Source: a virus. From it: a stretch of DNA of 64,000 nt. The position numbers were made by a program, and so were the translations under genes. The DNA lies in IMG/VR virus record IMGVR_UViG_3300042691_005581, positions 1 through 64,000 of that record. The stretch is one strand, 5' to 3'. The notes beneath the pieces were generated by a model. It saw only the letters and a program-made list of their open reading frames with translations. It made no database searches and was not told where the DNA came from. Below are positions 57,694-64,000 of this stretch, piece after piece. Each line of letters begins with the position of its first letter. Within the stretch, counting starts at the first letter, position 1.

Positions 57694-58380
57694 TTAATCT
57701 TTCTTTTCGCCGAACAATTGCAATAGGCTTAAGAACAAATTAATGAAGTTTAGATACAGACTCAATGCTCCGCGAACTTCAGCAACACCATCATTTTCAA
57801 TCGAAACTTCTTGTCTAATTCTTTGTGTATCATAAGCAGTTAGGCCAAGGAATACTAAGATAGCAATGGCTGAAATTACCATTTGAAATACTGTGCTACC
57901 AACAAAAATATTGATAACGCTGGCAATGATAATTGCAATTAATCCTACCAACAAGAGTGATCCAAATTCACTTAGGTCCTTCTTTGTGAAGTATCCGTAG
58001 CCACTCATTACACCAAACAATACTGCTCCGCCCATAAACGCCGATACAATACTGCCCATGTTGTAAATTACAAAGATTGTAGCAAAGCTCAATCCCATTA
58101 GTGCTGAAAAGATATACAAAAATACCTGAGAACCTGTTTTACCAAACTTTTCGCTGGCAACACTAAATGCCAAGATTAACAAAAGAGGTGCAAAAATTAC
58201 AACCCATTTCATAATGCCAGTAAAAAAGAAAGCCATCAGTGCTGCATTAGCACCAACTTGATAGCTAGTAAACATCGATATTAACACTGCAAGAGCCATA
58301 TGTCCGTAGACTCGACCCATTGCAGAATTAACCTGCTCTGCGGTTCTATAGAAACTATTTTCATAAGTTGTTGTATTCAT
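57694..58380 (-). CDS. Bax inhibitor-1/YccA family membrane protein
   Basis: Seven TM segments, MGRVYGHM, TKKDLS, TAYDTQRI, GALSLYLNFINLF; probable start MNTTTY at 58380 (AAGGAG). Confidence 0.88.
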   Translation of the reverse strand: MNTTTYENSFYRTAEQVNSAMGRVYGHMALAVLISMFTSYQVGANAALMAFFFTGIMKWVVIFAPLLLILAFSVASEKFGKTGSQVFLYIFSALMGLSFATIFVIYNMGSIVSAFMGGAVLFGVMSGYGYFTKKDLSEFGSLLLVGLIAIIIASVINIFVGSTVFQMVISAIAILVFLGLTAYDTQRIRQEVSIENDGVAEVRGALSLYLNFINLFLSLLQLFGEKKD

Positions 58381-58384
58381 AATA

Positions 58385-58777
58385 TTACTCCTTAACAAAT
58401 GGTTTGAGATCAGGCGGTGTCCAGCCCACAGGCTTGAGTACTTTGCCATCTTCACGCTTGCGTACCTTGCCTGTTTCTTTGTCGATCTTGGCAAAGTTAG
58501 TACGCATGACTTCTTTCCAGGCACCTTCTGCATCGTAGCCTGCTGAATGAATAGCACCGATTGTGACCACAATGATATCAATTAGTGCATCGAGTGTTTC
58601 AACTGGATCTGCTTCTTTTACGCGGTTGTGATTGTCGTCGAGCCCTTGTGCTACTAACAACTCCTTATATTCTTCCCTAATTAGGTCTAAATACATATCA
58701 AATTGTTTTTCGTCACCGGCGACACTCTGATCGCAAGCCCGCATAAATTTTTCTTGATCACGAAATGGATTTGTCAT
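58385..58777 (-). CDS. MazG/PRA-PH-like NTP pyrophosphohydrolase
   Basis: LIREEYKEL, DALIDI, EV.RTNFAK, REDGKVLKP.GW.PPDL. Confidence 0.85.
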   Translation of the reverse strand: MTNPFRDQEKFMRACDQSVAGDEKQFDMYLDLIREEYKELLVAQGLDDNHNRVKEADPVETLDALIDIIVVTIGAIHSAGYDAEGAWKEVMRTNFAKIDKETGKVRKREDGKVLKPVGWTPPDLKPFVKE

Positions 58778-58778
58778 A

Positions 58779-59156
58779 TTAAGTTGGTGTTTGATTAGGC
58801 ACGTTGAGATTAAATGTTCCGGGTGTTACTCGCATAGCATCATTGGGTTCATCGTCACTGACTAACAGTATAGCATCTAAATCTGCAAGCCGTATATCAA
58901 ACGTTTCACCATTTTCGGATTCGTATTTGTGCCCGCGACTCCATCTACCGTGCTCTAATAAAATCCACTGTCCTACATTTACTTCTCTTTGTTCGGGACC
59001 TGTGGCAAATACTTTGCCCCATCTGGGATGTATACCTGAACTTTTTGCGTCATCACTAGGTAAAACAATTCCACCAGCAGTCTTTTCCATACCGAAATTC
59101 ATATGTGATATCAGTACTTTATTACCCAATGGGGTCAATTTACCTTTTACGGTCAT
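58779..59156 (-). CDS. groES: GroES-like co-chaperonin
   Basis: LTPLGNKVLI, KTAGGIVLP, G.V.ATGP, V.VG; longer than bacterial GroES. Confidence 0.85.
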   Translation of the reverse strand: MTVKGKLTPLGNKVLISHMNFGMEKTAGGIVLPSDDAKSSGIHPRWGKVFATGPEQREVNVGQWILLEHGRWSRGHKYESENGETFDIRLADLDAILLVSDDEPNDAMRVTPGTFNLNVPNQTPT

Positions 59157-59458
59157 TTTGAATCCTTGATTTTTGGTTTGGTAACGTTTGTTGGAACTTC
59201 TTCTTGTTCCTTTAGTTGACGTCTTGAAGAAATTTTTACTTTGCCTAAAACTTCTTCATCAACAATAGGATTTGGCGAAGTGTCGTAATATTCAGACAAT
59301 ACTGATTCGCGTGTTCTGATAATTCGTCCATCCGGACCTAACTCGTCGCCTCTTGCGTTAACTCTAACGTTACCTACAGCAGGCATAGTCTCATTTTGTT
59401 GGAGCAATCGATCCATGTCGATTTGTTTTCCTTGAAATGTTGTGTAAATTCTTCCCAT
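59153..59458 (-). CDS. Conserved hypothetical protein
   Basis: AVGN..VNARGDELGP.G motif; RBS. Confidence 0.6.
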   Translation of the reverse strand: MGRIYTTFQGKQIDMDRLLQQNETMPAVGNVRVNARGDELGPDGRIIRTRESVLSEYYDTSPNPIVDEEVLGKVKISSRRQLKEQEEVPTNVTKPKIKDSK

Positions 59459-59459
59459 A

Positions 59460-59987
59460 TTATTCTTCCCCTTTGAGAAACTCTCGTATATCTAAATTGT
59501 ATTTTAGACTGTTTATTTTGTGTATACCAATGAGATACAGCGCATAGCTGGCTACAGAACTTCCTCGTCCTACACCCCAAACTATTTTGTTTGCTCTCAT
59601 TGTGTCTACTAAGTATTTAAGATAAAACAATACATCAAACGCTCCATGCTGGATAAAAAGCGTTAGTTCTTGATCTATTCTATTCTTTTCCTCTATAGTG
59701 TTACATTGGTCATACAACCAATCAACTATGGGAAATTCTTGATATTCTTTGGGCATAAACCAACTGCATCGATTGGCTTCGTCAAATAAATCTAAATCTT
59801 CGTCATTTACATATTCGGGCAACAATGCCATGTTATCAGCATTTGATTTTACTGACATATTGAACTGATCTACCTCTTGAGTATTTTCTAAAAATACACA
59901 AGATAGATCTTTGATTTTACCAGAATACAATGCAGCAACTGCATCATCTTCGGAAACAATCACTCTACCAAAATTATCAATTTTCAT
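59460..59987 (-). CDS. Stand-alone fragment of DNA polymerase III alpha (DnaE palm, N-terminal part)
   Basis: RI.QEL......G..D.L...YLVD.MR...I.WGVGRGSSVAS..LY.IGI..I..LKY.L...FL; ends before the catalytic PDxDxD. Confidence 0.8.
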   Translation of the reverse strand: MKIDNFGRVIVSEDDAVAALYSGKIKDLSCVFLENTQEVDQFNMSVKSNADNMALLPEYVNDEDLDLFDEANRCSWFMPKEYQEFPIVDWLYDQCNTIEEKNRIDQELTLFIQHGAFDVLFYLKYLVDTMRANKIVWGVGRGSSVASYALYLIGIHKINSLKYNLDIREFLKGEE

Positions 59988-59993
59988 TAAGTA

Positions 59994-60022
59994 ATTTTAA
60001 TATCAGCAGATTGTAAAGTCAA
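59994..60022 (-). promoter_or_regulatory. Sigma70-type promoter, predicted leaderless
   Basis: TTGACT-17-TAAAAT; the A of the ATG is 7 nt downstream (59987). Confidence 0.65.
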
Positions 60023-60261
60023 CTCACTTTGATTAGATCATCTAAATTTTTATCTTGACTGCTTTGAGTCTTTTTCAACATTTCTCTGCCTCTTCGAAGT
60101 TGTTCGTCCTTCAAAGATTCTAGTATGGTAACAATTTGACTGCATACTGCTCCTTGACCCATTCTTGCAGCAATGTGATATTTTTTAGTTAAATCTAAAA
60201 TTTTATTTTCTAAATCTGCATCTTTTAGACTTAGAGGATTTTCTAATAACGGGTTGTACAT
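60019..60261 (-). CDS. Hypothetical protein
   Basis: Coupled ORF. Confidence 0.6.
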   Translation of the reverse strand: MYNPLLENPLSLKDADLENKILDLTKKYHIAARMGQGAVCSQIVTILESLKDEQLRRGREMLKKTQSSQDKNLDDLIKVS

Positions 60262-61604
60262 TATAATCCTAAATGTGCCTTAATAATAGATATTTCTTGT
60301 CTTAACTTGTCGTTTTCATCAGCAAGCTCGTGTATACTCTTAATTAACGGACTTATAAATTCTGTATAAATTAAGTGCAATTTTCCGTCATCGGCGACTA
60401 CTAATCCTCCAAATGCAGCATTAAATTCATTTAACACAGACTGTACTTGTTGAGAAATTAATCCCCAATGATTTCTGGACCCAGATTTTAAATCATAAGA
60501 TACTGGTTCTAATTTTCTAACAAAATCTAGACCTAACGCTAATGGTTTAATGTTTTCTTTTAATGTAATATCAGAAGTTTGAATAGTACCGCTGTTTGCA
60601 AATACTGCCGACCACGGATGACCAGAACCCCCTAACGCTAAAACACCACTAGCACCACCTGGTCTAAGTGCTGTTGCAGTTGCTACAACTACGTCACCAG
60701 TCAAATAGGATCCGATTATTACCTGCTCAGTTGCAACAAAAGCTGCTACAGGATTTTCGGCCAAAACTCCATAATAAGTTCCTGGGCTTGTTCCTCCAAG
60801 AGTAATTTGTCCAACTCCTAATTTAATATTGGCTGTATCAAATTCGGTTTGATCAATTGCACCGATCCATACCGTTGAATCAGCGAATCTAATATTTTTT
60901 CCCGTACCAAGTATAATATTATCATTAAATGTCGATGTTCCTGCATGGTGTATCGAATTGTTGTAGTATTTTACAGTTCCGACATTGGTAACTGAACCGC
61001 CAGTTCCAATTTCGTATTGAATAAAACTATAATTTTCACCGGCAGCATTACCGCCATGCGAATTTCTCAATTTAATAGCAGTTGTTTGTGATAACGATCC
61101 TACAAAATGTCCAGCAGTTTGATTAGTTGCTGTGGTTGTTACATATAGGTGAGTGCTGGTAGATCCCGATGCCTGTGCGATAGAAATTTTTCCAGTAAAC
61201 AAATGATCGTTTGCAATAGTAGGAGCTATGGTATATATAGGAGCACCAAATGTGCCGGTAACAATTACTTCAGTATTAGTTGAATTAACAACAGTTGAAG
61301 TAGTAATGCCACTACTTCCTCCTACATTTAATTGACCACCGACAAACAAGTCTTTTCCTATACCGACCCCACCGGCTACTACTATTGCACCTGTTTGGGT
61401 GGTAGTTGCTGGAGTAGAATTGCTAAAAAAGTTTTGTGTTATGAGATCGGCTTTTTGAGCCTGTAACAAACTGATTTCCCCGGCGGCAGTTTCGAGACCA
61501 GTTTTAATGGCTCCAAAATTTGTACGGAATGCCTGGCTGTCGTTGTCACGGCCCGGAATTGGAAAAGCAGCATTGATATTGGTGGTCGAAATAGCACTAG
61601 TCAT
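60261..61604 (-). CDS. Tail fibre protein with C-terminal peptidase S74 chaperone
   Basis: TSDITLKENIKPL, L.PVSY, WGLISQQV, terminal coiled coil; GAIVVAGGVGIGKDL fibre repeat. Confidence 0.85.
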   Translation of the reverse strand: MTSAISTTNINAAFPIPGRDNDSQAFRTNFGAIKTGLETAAGEISLLQAQKADLITQNFFSNSTPATTTQTGAIVVAGGVGIGKDLFVGGQLNVGGSSGITTSTVVNSTNTEVIVTGTFGAPIYTIAPTIANDHLFTGKISIAQASGSTSTHLYVTTTATNQTAGHFVGSLSQTTAIKLRNSHGGNAAGENYSFIQYEIGTGGSVTNVGTVKYYNNSIHHAGTSTFNDNIILGTGKNIRFADSTVWIGAIDQTEFDTANIKLGVGQITLGGTSPGTYYGVLAENPVAAFVATEQVIIGSYLTGDVVVATATALRPGGASGVLALGGSGHPWSAVFANSGTIQTSDITLKENIKPLALGLDFVRKLEPVSYDLKSGSRNHWGLISQQVQSVLNEFNAAFGGLVVADDGKLHLIYTEFISPLIKSIHELADENDKLRQEISIIKAHLGL

Positions 61605-61609
61605 TTAGG

Positions 61610-64000
61610 TTAAACCTCTCGTTTGGGGAACAGTAAATATTTAGCAGTGCTGTCATCCAGAGTACTTTGAACAATCAGTCTGTCTATATCAAAATGTATT
61701 TTCTTAAAATCAAACTCTGACGAATTTATCTTGTTAATAACTGATTTACTCATTCCTGGTAAACAGTAGCACAGTGGCATGCATAAAATTCTACCTAATG
61801 TAATACCTGACGAATCTTGTACAGTTTTCATAAATTTAGGTTGTAAATAATTATTTGTTTTAAATTTAGATGCAAGTACAGCTCGCATGTTGTCTATACT
61901 GTTGGGATACATTGTTCCTTCAGGAGTATCTATAGTAAAACTGACAGATTTTCCTGTTTCTAAATTAACAAGATTGTCTATTAATTCCACATAGATTACT
62001 TCGTATAATTTGTTATGATTTTCGTCTAGTGCAAACGCAGATTTTACATCACCAAATTGTAGTTTTTTTCTGTAAAAATAATTTTGCATTTCGTTGACAT
62101 ATTCCGCAACAAACTTTTCTTCAATTGCATGTTCCAACACAAATTCAACATTTTTTCTAATATTAAATTCGGGGTCCAAAGATCTATACATTATTGTAGA
62201 ATCGAATATATTTTGATTGCTAATAAAATTATCAAATAACTGTCTTGTTTCTAATGACAACAATGGTTTCATTAATATCTTTGTAAACTGTTTGCCTTCG
62301 TATGGATTAATTGCAATTTGAAAATTTCCTAGTACACTAGTTAGTGCTGAATCGGTTGCTCTAATTACACAGTTATAATTTACAATACTAGTTTGTATAG
62401 AATTGTAATCGACTTGACCTTGTATTGCGCCGTCGGATGCTAACGATAATCCTGGAGGTAAATTGCCAGATTGTAGTGAATACACAATATTTGAAGTACT
62501 GTCCTTTTGTACAGCAAGAACTTGTAATTCACTTTGTTCTCCTTGATACAACGTTCCTAATAGATAATTTGATTCAAATGTAATACCGCTACGTACTGTG
62601 CCTAACACTGTTAAATTGAATGTTCTTTCTCTAAATTTTAATGTATCTGTTATAATGTTATTTTTATAAACACGAATTTTAAAAGAATATGTTGTAGTGT
62701 GTACAGGTGTATACCCTATATTACCGTGTATTATACCAGTAGTTAAATCTAGTGTCAAGCCTGGTGGCAACACTCTAGTGTCTCCACCGTTAGCATCAGA
62801 CCAGTCATATGTAACATCACCTCCGCCCTGATCACAATCGTATGTTTCTAAATTATAGATAAAAGATGAATTTGAAATTACAGTTCCTAAATTACCAGAA
62901 CTGATCCATTGCGGAGGAACAGGATATTGATCGGTATCAACTAAAGATGCAGGATCTCTAACATCTATAACATATTCAACTTTTCTTGAAGCTGGGCCAT
63001 TAGATGCACTTAAGAAAAATCTATAAGTTTTATTAATGTATCTTCCTCTGATGCCAAATTCTTGTTGACTGTCATGTTCGTATGGTGCAGTATTATAATT
63101 TTCAGAATCATATCTTCCGTCACTTCCAGCTTGGTAGGGCAATGCTAAGTCGTCTAACACTTGACCATATAATCTTCCATTGGCCGTTAATGTAAGTCCT
63201 GGAGGTAAAATTCCATCATTGTCTTCTATATAAAAGAAAACACTTCGGCCTTCTGGAACTATGTCTGCAAATGCAGTAAATTGAAAATCTACATATTGAC
63301 CATTTACAATATAATTTTCTCCACTTGGACCTATAGTAAATCGTGGACCAGGCGTAACAATGACAGGTGGTGTTGCACCTCTTACATCAATTCTAAAAGT
63401 TCTATCAGTAACGCCATATTGATTCTGTGCTCTTACTACAAATTCAGATTCTGTAGTTTGCCAAACTAAACTAGGAGTACCTGACACGATACCAGTGCTG
63501 GTATTCAATCGCAAACCTTCTGGCAAATCACCACTGATTAATTTATAAGACACTGATGGACCAATTGCCAACAGACTTCTCGAAAATGCTATGTTTTCTG
63601 TAGCAGTAGTTATAAATCCTGCATTAGTAGTCCATCTTGGTATAGCCTTGACACCAGGCAATTCATTTGACAGTGCTCCATAGAACGAATTGCCTATAAT
63701 ATAGGGATATGTCTCAGTGGCAATTCCTGTTGCAAAATATGCATAAGTGCCAAACGGATATTCAGGAGTAACGCAATATCTTCCGTTGTGTCGATCTAAT
63801 GTTGCTGTTTTTGACACATCATAAAAGTTGTCTTCAATAAATGCACCTGGAGGATATACTGCAACTAGATTGTATGCAAACGGACCTAAAGATACTGGTT
63901 GATTTAATGTTATATAAAAATCAGTAGTGCTGACAGATTTTACAATATAGTTAGTTAACGTGCTAAGAGCCTCGCCTCTAATATGCATTCCTACTTTGAC
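61610..64000 (-). CDS. Large structural protein with YHYH-like domain and Ig-like (He_PIG/cadherin-like) repeats; 5' end probably outside the window
   Basis: LDRHNGRYCVTPEYP.GTYAYF; repeated G.LPPGL.L...G.I.G; frame open to position 64000. Confidence 0.75.
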   Translation of the reverse strand, partial: VKVGMHIRGEALSTLTNYIVKSVSTTDFYITLNQPVSLGPFAYNLVAVYPPGAFIEDNFYDVSKTATLDRHNGRYCVTPEYPFGTYAYFATGIATETYPYIIGNSFYGALSNELPGVKAIPRWTTNAGFITTATENIAFSRSLLAIGPSVSYKLISGDLPEGLRLNTSTGIVSGTPSLVWQTTESEFVVRAQNQYGVTDRTFRIDVRGATPPVIVTPGPRFTIGPSGENYIVNGQYVDFQFTAFADIVPEGRSVFFYIEDNDGILPPGLTLTANGRLYGQVLDDLALPYQAGSDGRYDSENYNTAPYEHDSQQEFGIRGRYINKTYRFFLSASNGPASRKVEYVIDVRDPASLVDTDQYPVPPQWISSGNLGTVISNSSFIYNLETYDCDQGGGDVTYDWSDANGGDTRVLPPGLTLDLTTGIIHGNIGYTPVHTTTYSFKIRVYKNNIITDTLKFRERTFNLTVLGTVRSGITFESNYLLGTLYQGEQSELQVLAVQKDSTSNIVYSLQSGNLPPGLSLASDGAIQGQVDYNSIQTSIVNYNCVIRATDSALTSVLGNFQIAINPYEGKQFTKILMKPLLSLETRQLFDNFISNQNIFDSTIMYRSLDPEFNIRKNVEFVLEHAIEEKFVAEYVNEMQNYFYRKKLQFGDVKSAFALDENHNKLYEVIYVELIDNLVNLETGKSVSFTIDTPEGTMYPNSIDNMRAVLASKFKTNNYLQPKFMKTVQDSSGITLGRILCMPLCYCLPGMSKSVINKINSSEFDFKKIHFDIDRLIVQSTLDDSTAKYLLFPKREV

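Noticed and set aside
1-64000. Stop-codon reassignment, introns or inteins
   Set aside because: Recognisable genes (polB, thyA, clpA, phoH) are full-length and uninterrupted in the standard code, and genes pack tightly.
1-64000. tRNA, rRNA, integrase or transposase
   Set aside because: None recognised by eye, and intergenic gaps are mostly too short; tRNAscan was not run.

Overview
A 64 kb, AT-rich, gene-dense piece of a large T4-superfamily-like (probably jumbo) myophage genome in the standard genetic code. The host is probably Gram-negative, judged from the spanin pair and sigma70-type promoters. Layout: (i) 1-16.6 kb, + strand virion block with a giant baseplate-type protein running off the left edge, a collagen-like fibre, an S8 subtilase and four paralogous tail/baseplate proteins. 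(ii) 16.6-37 kb, - strand nucleotide metabolism and replication: thyA, DHFR, MoxR/vWA pair, RNase H-like flap nuclease, sliding clamp and family B polymerase. It also holds a 7-deazaguanine cluster (QueE, FolE, QueD/DpdL-like, DpdA/TGT) interleaved with a GT-B glycosyltransferase resembling the queuosine mannosyltransferase family and an NDP-sugar dehydrogenase. (iii) 37-45 kb, a run of proteins with T4-style capsid-targeting N-termini, including three adjacent nucleotidyltransferases of three different folds. (iv) 45-60 kb: ClpA, peptide deformylase, DnaJ, a lysis cassette, PhoH, clamp loader, GroES and a DnaE half-gene. (v) 60-64 kb, more tail genes running off the right edge. The two best candidates for undescribed systems are a glycosylated 7-deazaguanine DNA modification pathway and a virion-delivered triple-nucleotidyltransferase module. 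There are also several structured RNA elements: tandem hairpins before polB, RBS-occluding hairpins over late promoters, and 5'-3' complementarity around phoH. All calls come from reading motifs by eye; no database search was run.
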